A stretch of 38,882 nt of DNA from Thermodesulfovibrionales bacterium (lineage in GTDB: Bacteria > Nitrospirota > Thermodesulfovibrionia > Thermodesulfovibrionales > SM23-35), in contig CAVQRT010000026.1 of the NCBI GenBank assembly GCA_963715195.1, positions 1 through 38,882 of the forward strand. The letters are read 5' to 3'. The translations under genes were made by a program, and so were the position numbers. Below are positions 30,294 through 38,882 of this stretch, piece after piece. Below the pieces are notes generated by a model that was not told the origin of the DNA, did no database searches, and was given only the letters and a program-made list of their open reading frames with translations. How positions within the stretch are numbered: position 1 is the stretch's first letter; every line of letters begins with the position of its first letter.

Positions 30294-31763
30294 ATGACAT
30301 TCAGGAAAAAGCCGCTATATATTGCAACACTTTTCACAATCGTCGGTCTCATTCTCGGCCTCACCATTGCGTCAAATTTGAATTTCCACACAAACGGGCA
30401 TACAGAGGAGGCACACATTTCAAACGAATCGATTGACTTCCTCGCGAACACAAACCGGGCAATCTCAGAAATTGCGACAGTGGTCAAGCCTTCCGTAGTC
30501 AATATATCATCAACAAAAACTGTAAAAACCAGGGGCATGTCTTCTCCTTTTTTCAATGACCCCTTTTTCAGGAGGTTCTTCGGAGATGAATTCGGACCTT
30601 CCGGCCAGCCCAGGGAATACAAACAATCAGGCCTCGGCTCGGGAGTGATCGTAAGAGAAGACGGGTATATACTCACAAACAATCACGTAATCAAAGGCGC
30701 TGACGAGATAAAAGTAACCCTGCCTGACAGTCGTGAATTCACCGGGGAAATCGTTGGTACGGATCAGAAAACGGATCTGGCAGTGATAAAGATAGACGCA
30801 AAGAATCTCCCCGCAATACGTATTGGCAACTCTGAAGAACTGAAAGTCGGGGAAACCGTACTCGCAATCGGCAACCCTTTCGGCCTTACCGCAACCGTCA
30901 CGTCAGGAATCGTGAGCGCGACCGGCAGGGCAAATGTGGGAATCGCTGATTACGAGGACTTTATTCAGACAGACGCCGCGATCAACCCCGGCAACTCGGG
31001 AGGAGCACTCGTGAACATACGCGGGCAGCTGATCGGGATCAACACCGCAATTTTCAGCACGACCGGCGGCTACCAGGGGATAGGATTCGCAATCCCGAGC
31101 AGCATGGCGGAAGCAGTGATGGACAATCTCATTTCAAAAGGGAAAGTCGTCAGAGGATGGCTCGGAGTCTCCATCCAGCCGCTGACCCCCGATCTTGCAG
31201 CGCAGTTCAAGCTCAAAGACGACAAGGGCATCCTGGTAGGAGATGTTGTGGAAGATGGGCCCGCATATAACGCAGGCATTCAAAGGGGAGACGTGATCAT
31301 TGAGTTTCACGGGAAAAAGGTCGAAGACGTCACGGGACTCAGGAATATGGTTGCAGGTACTTCACCCGGGGAAAGAGTGAATATCCTTGTGGTCCGTGAA
31401 GGGAAGCAAAAATCCATCGAGGTAAAAATTGAGGAAATGTCTGAGGACGAGATGGGTACTCTCGCCACTGCTGCTGAAAACAGGCTCAGGGGTATTCATG
31501 TCCAGGACATTACGGCCCAGATGAAGCAAAGTCTGAACATTCCGAAGCGCCTGACCGGGGTGGTCGTTACCGACATCGAGGATGACAGTCCGTCCGGAGG
31601 AGTCCTGAAAAGGGGAGACCTGATACTCGAGATCAACAGGCAACCGGTCAGAAATACAAAGGATTACGAAGCTGTGGTCACAAAGATAAAAACGGATGAC
31701 ACTGTTCTGCTCCTGATCTTCAGGCAAAATGCAACTTTTTATATCACGCTCTCTGCGAGATAG
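30294..31763 (+). CDS. DegP/DegQ (HtrA) serine protease with two PDZ domains
   Basis: LTNNHV, DLAV, IQTDAAINPGNSGG; two PDZ domains. Confidence 0.95.
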   Translation: MTFRKKPLYIATLFTIVGLILGLTIASNLNFHTNGHTEEAHISNESIDFLANTNRAISEIATVVKPSVVNISSTKTVKTRGMSSPFFNDPFFRRFFGDEFGPSGQPREYKQSGLGSGVIVREDGYILTNNHVIKGADEIKVTLPDSREFTGEIVGTDQKTDLAVIKIDAKNLPAIRIGNSEELKVGETVLAIGNPFGLTATVTSGIVSATGRANVGIADYEDFIQTDAAINPGNSGGALVNIRGQLIGINTAIFSTTGGYQGIGFAIPSSMAEAVMDNLISKGKVVRGWLGVSIQPLTPDLAAQFKLKDDKGILVGDVVEDGPAYNAGIQRGDVIIEFHGKKVEDVTGLRNMVAGTSPGERVNILVVREGKQKSIEVKIEEMSEDEMGTLATAAENRLRGIHVQDITAQMKQSLNIPKRLTGVVVTDIEDDSPSGGVLKRGDLILEINRQPVRNTKDYEAVVTKIKTDDTVLLLIFRQNATFYITLSAR

Positions 31764-31817
31764 CATACGAAATGCGGGGGAGCCCGGACAAATCCAAAAG
31801 AAAAGGTGGTGAACTAC

Positions 31818-31985
31818 ATGAAAACATACAAATGCACCGCATGCAACAATAAAACATTCCAGAAAGACAGCGTCTGCGCACTCTGCAGAATCGGCCTCAC
31901 GGAAATGTACGACGAACTGGTGAATCTTGTTCAGAAAGACAATAAGCATAATCTACGGATTCCCAGAGCAGCAAAATCCCGGTAA
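31818..31985 (+). CDS. Small Zn-ribbon-like protein (55 aa, not in ORF track)
   Basis: MKTYKCTACNNKTFQKDSVCALCRIGL...; AAGGTGG RBS. Confidence 0.6.
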   Translation: MKTYKCTACNNKTFQKDSVCALCRIGLTEMYDELVNLVQKDNKHNLRIPRAAKSR

Positions 31986-32029
31986 GGGGTCTGCAGAGAA
32001 CATTGCATCTCTTTTCGAATATCCCGTTT

Positions 32030-32071
32030 TGAAGATACGGGCACCCTGATCCCGGGGTGCCCGTATCTTCA
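32030..32071. terminator. Long perfect hairpin (terminator or REP-like)
   Basis: TGAAGATACGGGCACCC/GGGTGCCCGTATCTTCA 17-bp stem. Confidence 0.65.
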
Positions 32072-32217
32072 CTTGTTATCCCTGTCCCGGCTCCTTCTTG
32101 AACGGTATCTGGTAAAATAGACTGTAGTATGCGGCATGTTCGAGTGCGTGAGATTTTCAGCCGTGAACAGCATCAGGGAGAACCCCCTGTATCATACATG
32201 GTGAGTATGCCGGGAAT

Positions 32218-34248
32218 ATGCCAGTCGATCTGAAACATGTGCTGAACCCTTCACAGATGGAGGCGGCGACCTCCATGGACGGACCTGTCCTGGTCATCGC
32301 GGGGGCCGGTTCGGGGAAAACAAGGGTAATCGAATACAGGGTCCTTCACCTTGTCCAGAAAAAGATCAATCCGCATTCGATCCTTCTGCTGACCTTCACC
32401 CGGAAGGCAGCCCACGAAATGATCTCCCGTGCCTCCGCACACGATCCCCGGTGCAAGGATATCGAGGGAGGCACCTTCCATTCCTTCGCATACAGGATAC
32501 TCAGGCGATACGCAAAAGCGATAGGCTTCTCAGGCTCATTCATCGTCCTGGACGAAGGTGATGCCGAGGAGGCTGTGCAAAGGTGTGCCACAAAGATGGG
32601 ACTCTTCGATAAAAAGAAGAGATTTCCCAAAAAAGACACACTGAGATCGATCATCAGCACGTCGATTAACAAGAATTCCTCAGTGGAAGGGGTCATTAGG
32701 AAGGAGTACCCTCATTTCATCGAGTATCTGGAGGATATCACGCGTCTCAGGCAGGAGTACAGCGAATACAAGATCGACAGAAATTATGCTGATTATGACG
32801 ACCTCCTGGTCTATCTGAAAATTCTCCTTGAGCATCATGAGATACAGGACCGCGTTTCACGTCAGTACCGCTACATTATGGTAGATGAATATCAGGATAC
32901 CAACTCGCTCCAGGGAGACATTGCACATCTCCTGGCAAAACAGCATGGCAACATCATGGTGGTTGGGGATGATGCACAGAGCATTTACGGGTTCAGGGGC
33001 GCATCACATGAAAACATCATGCAGTTCCCCCGGAAGTTCAGTGGGTGCACAATCGTGACACTGGAGGAGAATTACCGCAGCACACAGTCAATCCTCGACG
33101 TAGCGAATGCGGTGCTCGGGAACATGAAAAACAAATATTCTAAATGTCTCGTCTCGGCAAAAAAAATAACCGGGCAGAAACCGCACCTCCTTTTCTTCAA
33201 GGACATACACGAAGAGGCGGAATGGACAGCAGACCTCATCAAGGAACAGCTCGACGAGGGGATACCCCTGAGCCACCAGTGTGTACTCTTCAGGTCGATG
33301 TATCTTTCCATTCCACTCCAGTCAGAACTGAGCAGACGGAACATCCCTTACGAAACATACGGCGGGCTGAAATTTTATGAAACCGCTCATGTGAAAGATA
33401 TCATGGCACATATAAAAGTGCTCGCAAACCCGAAAGATGAACTTGCATGGAGCAGGGTGCTCATGCTGATAGGAAGGATCGGCCCGAAGACTGCAGCGCT
33501 GATAACCGACGAGGCTATCCGCCATTCTTCATGCAGTGCAATCCTTTCCCAGGTGCTCACGAAATATGCCCGGAAACAGGCCTACTCTGAAGGAATAGCA
33601 CAGCTTTTGACCGCGCTCAGGGATGCTGACCGGGAAGGGATGAACACGGGTGAAGTCTTCGGCCTGATCCTCGAGTATTACATCCCGCTTTTAAAAAACA
33701 GGTACGACGACTGGCATCTCCGTCTCAACGACCTGGAATCACTGCGCCAGATTACCATGAGGTACCGGTCACTGGAAGAACTCCTCGAAGACTTTTCACT
33801 GGAACCGCCGCAACGGGGGGTCTGGGGAATCGAACCGGAGACCAAGGACGAAGAGAAGCCGCTCGTGCTTTCCACCATACACTCGGCAAAGGGGCTTGAA
33901 TGGGAATCGGCAGTCATAATGGGACTTGTGGACGGGGTGCTTCCGGTCACCTTTTCCCTTGACAGCGAGGAAGAGATCGAGGAGGAACAGAGGCTCTTCT
34001 ATGTCGCCCTCACAAGGGCGAAGAGCAGGTGCTTCCTCACCATGCACCATGAAGGCATAAGAGGCGGCATCACACAGTTCAATAAAATCTCCAGGTTCAT
34101 AGATAATCCGGGCATTCTTTCACACCTTGATGTGCATGAAATTCCTAAACCGGGAAGGCCTTTTCATTGCGAACATACCGCAGAAGAGTCCATGACGCTC
34201 TATGACAAAAAGGCCCTCATGGAGAGGCTGAACAACTTTTACAAATAG
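32218..34248 (+). CDS. UvrD/PcrA/Rep-family SF1 helicase
   Basis: AGAGSGKT, VDEYQD, VGDDAQSIY, NYRS, STIHSAKGLEW, EQRLFYVALTRAK. Confidence 0.95.
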   Translation: MPVDLKHVLNPSQMEAATSMDGPVLVIAGAGSGKTRVIEYRVLHLVQKKINPHSILLLTFTRKAAHEMISRASAHDPRCKDIEGGTFHSFAYRILRRYAKAIGFSGSFIVLDEGDAEEAVQRCATKMGLFDKKKRFPKKDTLRSIISTSINKNSSVEGVIRKEYPHFIEYLEDITRLRQEYSEYKIDRNYADYDDLLVYLKILLEHHEIQDRVSRQYRYIMVDEYQDTNSLQGDIAHLLAKQHGNIMVVGDDAQSIYGFRGASHENIMQFPRKFSGCTIVTLEENYRSTQSILDVANAVLGNMKNKYSKCLVSAKKITGQKPHLLFFKDIHEEAEWTADLIKEQLDEGIPLSHQCVLFRSMYLSIPLQSELSRRNIPYETYGGLKFYETAHVKDIMAHIKVLANPKDELAWSRVLMLIGRIGPKTAALITDEAIRHSSCSAILSQVLTKYARKQAYSEGIAQLLTALRDADREGMNTGEVFGLILEYYIPLLKNRYDDWHLRLNDLESLRQITMRYRSLEELLEDFSLEPPQRGVWGIEPETKDEEKPLVLSTIHSAKGLEWESAVIMGLVDGVLPVTFSLDSEEEIEEEQRLFYVALTRAKSRCFLTMHHEGIRGGITQFNKISRFIDNPGILSHLDVHEIPKPGRPFHCEHTAEESMTLYDKKALMERLNNFYK

Positions 34249-34250
34249 CC

Positions 34251-35189
34251 ATGATTCGCATAGGGACATGTTCATGGACAGAAAAAAGCCTTCTGAAGAG
34301 CGGGGAGTTCTACCCCCGTGAAGTGAAAACTGCCGAAGGGAGACTCAGGTACTATGCGAGCAATTTTCCCACAGTAGAAGTTGATTCAACCTACTATGCC
34401 CTGCCAGACAGAAAAAACACTTCCCTGTGGGCCGTCAGAACACCTGACCATTTTATCTTTCATATCAAGGCATACGGCGCCCTGACCGGCCACGGAGTTG
34501 ACCCGAGAACTCTCCCGAACGAAGTCCGGTCCATGCTCACGGCAAGTGACACAGGCCGGGGGCATGTATACATCAAGGATCCTCCCCTCATACACCTGAT
34601 CGCCGAACGATTCAAAGACGGACTCATACCGCTCCTCTCAGCGAATAAACTTGGGCTGCTCGTCCTGCAGTTTCCGCCCTGGTTCAGGCACGAGAAGAGA
34701 AACTTTGACTTTATGCTCAAATGTCGTGATATCATGGCCGGGTTCGCTCTTGCGGCCGAATTCAGGCACGGGAGCTGGCTTACACCCCGCAACCTGGATT
34801 CAACCTTGAATTTTTTGCGGGATCACCGTTTCACCTTCATCGTTGCTGACGAACCTCAGTACGGGACTCTTGCAACTGTACCCTTTTGTCCTCAGCTTAC
34901 CTCAGAAACAGCGTATTTTCGCTTTCACGGCAGAAATACCAAAAACTGGCTCAGGAAGGGAATCGATACTTCGCTACGGTATGCGTACGATTACTCTGAT
35001 GCTGAGTTCAATGACTTTATTCCGTCCATTCAGGATATCGCTGCACACGCAGACGTAACCTATGCGATGTTTAACAATTGTCATGGGGGCTTCGCCATGA
35101 AAAATGCCCTGAGACTGAAGACGTTGCTCGGTACAGGTGCCCGTGGAGATGATGAAGAAAAAAGAGATCATACAACACCCGAATATTGA
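34251..35189 (+). CDS. DUF72 (YecE-like) protein
   Basis: IRIGTCSW, VEVDSTYY, QFPPWF, EFRHGSW, YFRFHGRN, FNNCH. Confidence 0.9.
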   Translation: MIRIGTCSWTEKSLLKSGEFYPREVKTAEGRLRYYASNFPTVEVDSTYYALPDRKNTSLWAVRTPDHFIFHIKAYGALTGHGVDPRTLPNEVRSMLTASDTGRGHVYIKDPPLIHLIAERFKDGLIPLLSANKLGLLVLQFPPWFRHEKRNFDFMLKCRDIMAGFALAAEFRHGSWLTPRNLDSTLNFLRDHRFTFIVADEPQYGTLATVPFCPQLTSETAYFRFHGRNTKNWLRKGIDTSLRYAYDYSDAEFNDFIPSIQDIAAHADVTYAMFNNCHGGFAMKNALRLKTLLGTGARGDDEEKRDHTTPEY

Positions 35190-35390
35190 CAACAACCCAA
35201 AAATATGGTGTCCTTACAAGGAACACCAGCAATATGTGTCAGCCTGCAGGAAGAACTGCAGGAGGAAAGAACACTGTCAGGCATACAGGGATTATCGTGA
35301 GCCCAGGCTTTTTTGACATGCTGAGCGGTATCTCCGACAACACGCTCATCCCGGTGCAATCGTCATCTTTACTGCACGGATGGAGATAAT

Positions 35391-36641
35391 ATGATCACAC
35401 CGCACCTGCTTACAAGTCTTCTGCTTATCCTTGTCGTCGCATGGATCATGGGTGCCGTCTTTGTCCGGTTCGGGCTTCCCTTCGTGCTGGGACAAATGCT
35501 TGCGGGCGTGCTTCTTGGGCCCCCGCTTCTCGGGGTAATCGGAACATCTCCCGCCATTGAACTGCTGGCGGAACTGGGGATATTCTTCGTCATGTTTCAC
35601 ACGGGGATGGAGATGGACCCAAAGGAACTCGTGGAACATATCTGGCCCTCCCTCGTGGTTGCCGCCGGGGGCTTCATCCTGCCTTTTGCCCTCGGATATT
35701 TCACCACCAGGGCATTCGGCGGAACCCTGTACCAGGGGCTCTTCGTCGGCATGGGAATCTCCATCACCGCAATAGCCGTTCAAGCAATAATCCTCTATTC
35801 AATGAGGATCAGCGGGACCTACCTCGGGCATATCATTATCGGTGCCGCAATTGCCGACGACATCTTCTCACTGGTCGGCCTTTCTGTCCTGCTGGGCCTC
35901 GCAAAGACAGGGACGCTGGATGTATCCGTCATCGCAATGATCTTCGCAAAGGTAGCCGCGTTCTTTATCTTTACCTTCCTAATCGGGCACTTTGTCATGC
36001 CAAGGATCGTAAAAAACCTGCACGACCGGGAAGGGAAGGCATTCACGTTCGCGATCACCACCGCACTCGCGATGGCCTTCCTGGCTGAACTGGTCGGACT
36101 GCACCTCATCATAGGGGCCTTTCTCGCCGGGCAGTTCGTACGCAAGGAGGTCATGGATCAGAAAATCTATCAGAAGATACACGACCGTTTTTACGGATTG
36201 AGCTACGGGTTCCTCGTCCCCATATTCTTCGCTTCTCTCTCTTTCCATCTTCATATTTCATGGGACATCTCCTTCCTGGGATTTGCCCTTGCTGTCACAG
36301 GTGCTGCCATAGTCGGTAAGCTGCTTGGATGCGGGATCGGGTATGCGATATTCAGCAGGAAGTTCTGGGAATCAGCCATTGTCGGCTTTGGGATGAACGG
36401 ACGCGGTGCGGTCGAAGTGATAATCGCTTCCGTTGTGCTAAAACTGAGCAACAGCCTTATGGCTTCAGGGAAGATTACCGAACCGCTCCTCACACAGACC
36501 CAGTTCTCTGCGCTGATCCTCATGGCATTCATCACTACGCTCATGGCCCCCCTCACCCTTCGGTGGTCAGTGGGCAGGGCATGCAGGGCTGACGAGGAGG
36601 CAAGCTTTTGCCGCCTTTGGCAGGAGTCAAAAGAAACCTAG
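35391..36641 (+). CDS. CPA2 cation:proton antiporter
   Basis: Many TM segments; AAIADD, IIGAFLAG, VGKLLGC, GMNGRGAV. Confidence 0.9.
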   Translation: MITPHLLTSLLLILVVAWIMGAVFVRFGLPFVLGQMLAGVLLGPPLLGVIGTSPAIELLAELGIFFVMFHTGMEMDPKELVEHIWPSLVVAAGGFILPFALGYFTTRAFGGTLYQGLFVGMGISITAIAVQAIILYSMRISGTYLGHIIIGAAIADDIFSLVGLSVLLGLAKTGTLDVSVIAMIFAKVAAFFIFTFLIGHFVMPRIVKNLHDREGKAFTFAITTALAMAFLAELVGLHLIIGAFLAGQFVRKEVMDQKIYQKIHDRFYGLSYGFLVPIFFASLSFHLHISWDISFLGFALAVTGAAIVGKLLGCGIGYAIFSRKFWESAIVGFGMNGRGAVEVIIASVVLKLSNSLMASGKITEPLLTQTQFSALILMAFITTLMAPLTLRWSVGRACRADEEASFCRLWQESKET

Positions 36642-36760
36642 CACATAGTACTCACCGGCCGGTCATCTTGCAAGGTCCCCCTCCCGGGCAGAGAACGTCT
36701 TCCCCGTGTATCTGAAAATTCTGTATACTGTATCATAATGAAAACTGCAACAGTGGACAC

Positions 36761-37738
36761 ATGAAGAAAAGACTCGCAATTACTATGGGGGACCCGGGTG
36801 GAATCGGCCCTGAAGTGATCGCAAAGGCTCTTTCCGTCCCTTTGCCGAAAAAGCGCTACGTCCCGTTGGTGATCGGGAATCTCAGGGTTATGCGGAAGGC
36901 GATGAAAGTTGCAGGGGTATCTCCCGCGCTGCAGGTCCTCTCCGGGGACAAGGGGGTTCATCCTTCGGGAGAGGGAATCTTTTTTCTGGATATCAAGACG
37001 GGTAGCACCTTCAGGGAAAAAGGACCTACCAGAGAAGGCGGCATTGCCTGTGTCCGTTATATCCGCAAAGCTGTCGAATTGGGCATGGAAGACAAGGTTG
37101 ACTCCATTGTTACCGGACCGATCTCAAAGGAGTCCCTGAAAATGGCAGGGTTCGCCTGGCCCGGGCATACTGAGATGCTTGCGGACTTGACACGCACAAA
37201 AAACTACGCGATGGTACTTGCAGGAGGGCCCCTGAAGGTCATTCTCGTGACCACGCATACCGCGATGAAAAACCTCCCCTCGTTGATCACGAAAAAGAGA
37301 GTATTGCACACAATCCGTCTCGCACAGACCGCCTGTGACATGCTGCGAATAAAAGATCCACGGATCGCGGTTGCAGGACTGAATCCCCATGCGGGTGAAG
37401 CAGGCATTTTTGGTGATGAAGAGATTAAGAAGATACTCCCCGCAATAGAGGAGGCATCCGGGGAAGGAATTCCCGTATCCGGTCCTTTCCCGCCGGACAC
37501 GATCTTTCACAAGGCTTACCGTGGGGAAACAGATATCGTTGTCTGCATGTATCATGATCAGGGGCTTATCCCGATAAAAATGATCGCGTTTGACCGTGGG
37601 GTGAACTTCACTGTCGGCCTCCCCTTTGTGAGAACTTCTCCTGACCACGGAACCGCATATGATATTGCATGGAAAGGGACCGCAAACCCTTCCAGCATGG
37701 TCCACGCAATCCGAATGGCTGTCCGGTTAAAAATATAG
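36761..37738 (+). CDS. pdxA: 4-hydroxythreonine-4-phosphate dehydrogenase
   Basis: TMGDPGGIGPE, GHTE, GLNPHAGE, MYHDQG, RTSPDHGTAYDIA. Confidence 0.95.
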   Translation: MKKRLAITMGDPGGIGPEVIAKALSVPLPKKRYVPLVIGNLRVMRKAMKVAGVSPALQVLSGDKGVHPSGEGIFFLDIKTGSTFREKGPTREGGIACVRYIRKAVELGMEDKVDSIVTGPISKESLKMAGFAWPGHTEMLADLTRTKNYAMVLAGGPLKVILVTTHTAMKNLPSLITKKRVLHTIRLAQTACDMLRIKDPRIAVAGLNPHAGEAGIFGDEEIKKILPAIEEASGEGIPVSGPFPPDTIFHKAYRGETDIVVCMYHDQGLIPIKMIAFDRGVNFTVGLPFVRTSPDHGTAYDIAWKGTANPSSMVHAIRMAVRLKI

Positions 37739-37755
37739 CAAAGCCGGTTTTTTAA

Positions 37756-38882
37756 ATGAGTCTCGACAGAAAACATATAACAAGCTGGACCCTTTTTGAT
37801 TTCGCAAATTCAAGTTATTCTGCTGTGATCGCTGCGGTGGTCTTCCCTGTGTTCTTTGCCCAGACAATCGTAGGAAACGAAGCAGGGCGTGGAGACCTGT
37901 GGTGGGGATGGGCCATATCACTGAGCATGGCTTTTGTGGCATTCACATCACCTCTGATGGGCGGCATTGCTGATTACGGGGGAGGCAGGAAAAAATTCCT
38001 TTTCATCTATACGGCCCTGAGTGTTGGGGCAATTGCGAGCCTGTCCATCCTCGAAAAGGGGATGGTCATGGAGGGGCTTCTACTGATCGTGATGGCGAAT
38101 ATCGGCATGGAGGGAGGCCTTGTCTTCTATAATTCGTTTCTCCCGAGAATCGCACCGAGGCACTATCAGGGAAGGGTTTCCGCCTGGGGATACATGGTCG
38201 GATATGCCGGCTCGATCATCTCCCTCCTCTGCGCGCTCTTTCTCATCACACACGGGTACTTTTCAGGCACATGGGTTTTTATTGCCTGTTTTTTTGGACT
38301 TTTCTCGGTGCCCGCCTTTTTATTCCTTCCCGGGGACAGCCGGGCAAAGACCTCGTACCTCCACGGGGCAAAAAAGGGGATTCACTATTCGATGCATACC
38401 CTGGGAGAAATATGGAAAAGGAAGGAACCCAGGAAGTTTCTGATTGCGTACCTCATTTATGAAGACGGGGTCAATACTGTCATTGTATTTTCGAGTCTCT
38501 TTGCCGCGACAACTCTCGGCTTTCAGACGACAGAACTGATCATGCTCTATCTTATGGTCCAAACAACGGCACTGGCCGGTTCGTTCATCATGGCAAAACC
38601 TATCGACACCCTTGGTCCGAAGAAGGTTGCGCTCAGTTCGCTTTTGCTCTGGACATGTGTCGCAATCGTCGCCTTTTTCATACAGACAAAGGTCCAGTTC
38701 TGGGCACTTGCCTCATGTGCAGGGCTTGGGCTTGGCACAGTCCAGGCAGCCTCCCGTGCCTTTCACGCCCAGTTCATCCCGCAGGGGAAGGAAGCCGAAT
38801 ACTTCGGGGTATATTCGCTTGCGGGAAAATCTTCTGCAGTACTCGGCCCTCTCCTCTTCGGATATTTGTCCGCAGGCCTGGG
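37756..38882 (+). CDS. MFS transporter (UMF1/ATG22-like), runs off the window end
   Basis: MSLDRKHITSWTLFDFANSSYS..GGIADYGGGRKK..FYNSFLP..AYLIYEDGVNT..QAASRA..EYFGVY. Absent from the ORF track because there is no stop. Confidence 0.88.
   Translation, partial: MSLDRKHITSWTLFDFANSSYSAVIAAVVFPVFFAQTIVGNEAGRGDLWWGWAISLSMAFVAFTSPLMGGIADYGGGRKKFLFIYTALSVGAIASLSILEKGMVMEGLLLIVMANIGMEGGLVFYNSFLPRIAPRHYQGRVSAWGYMVGYAGSIISLLCALFLITHGYFSGTWVFIACFFGLFSVPAFLFLPGDSRAKTSYLHGAKKGIHYSMHTLGEIWKRKEPRKFLIAYLIYEDGVNTVIVFSSLFAATTLGFQTTELIMLYLMVQTTALAGSFIMAKPIDTLGPKKVALSSLLLWTCVAIVAFFIQTKVQFWALASCAGLGLGTVQAASRAFHAQFIPQGKEAEYFGVYSLAGKSSAVLGPLLFGYLSAGL

Overview
Bacterial DNA, probably from a Gram-negative environmental lineage such as Nitrospirota or Desulfobacterota (inference only). 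It has two parts. (1) About 1-23.4 kb is an AT-richer accessory mosaic: a beta-barrel protein and an alkylsulfatase; an IS110-family (IS1111-type) element with a long structured 3' non-coding end; a minimal RHH-Xis-tyrosine integrase unit running into a tRNA-Lys 3' fragment; two further att-like scars; an HEXXH/Zn-ribbon protein; a methyltransferase and a TPR-GT41 glycosyltransferase; an IS3 element; a sigma54-led Met-rich protein / multicopper oxidase-barrel fusion / Cyc2-like cytochrome-porin operon; xseAB with a nucleotidase and a YycJ-like nuclease; and PAS/LuxR genes. Many genes here are frameshifted, possibly from read errors. (2) About 23.6-38.9 kb is intact core-like genes: tusA-like, PNPOx-like, yjbQ, a methyltransferase, an Mla/Pqi ABC operon, an HtrA protease, a UvrD-like helicase, DUF72, a CPA2 antiporter, pdxA and an MFS transporter. 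The most notable unexplained structure is a dispersed ~130-bp repeat family (core motif GAAGWAGTCCRCA) at the boundaries of the accessory modules. The IS110 appears to have inserted into a degenerate copy of it, and candidate bridge-RNA guides matching donor and target can be read from the sequence.
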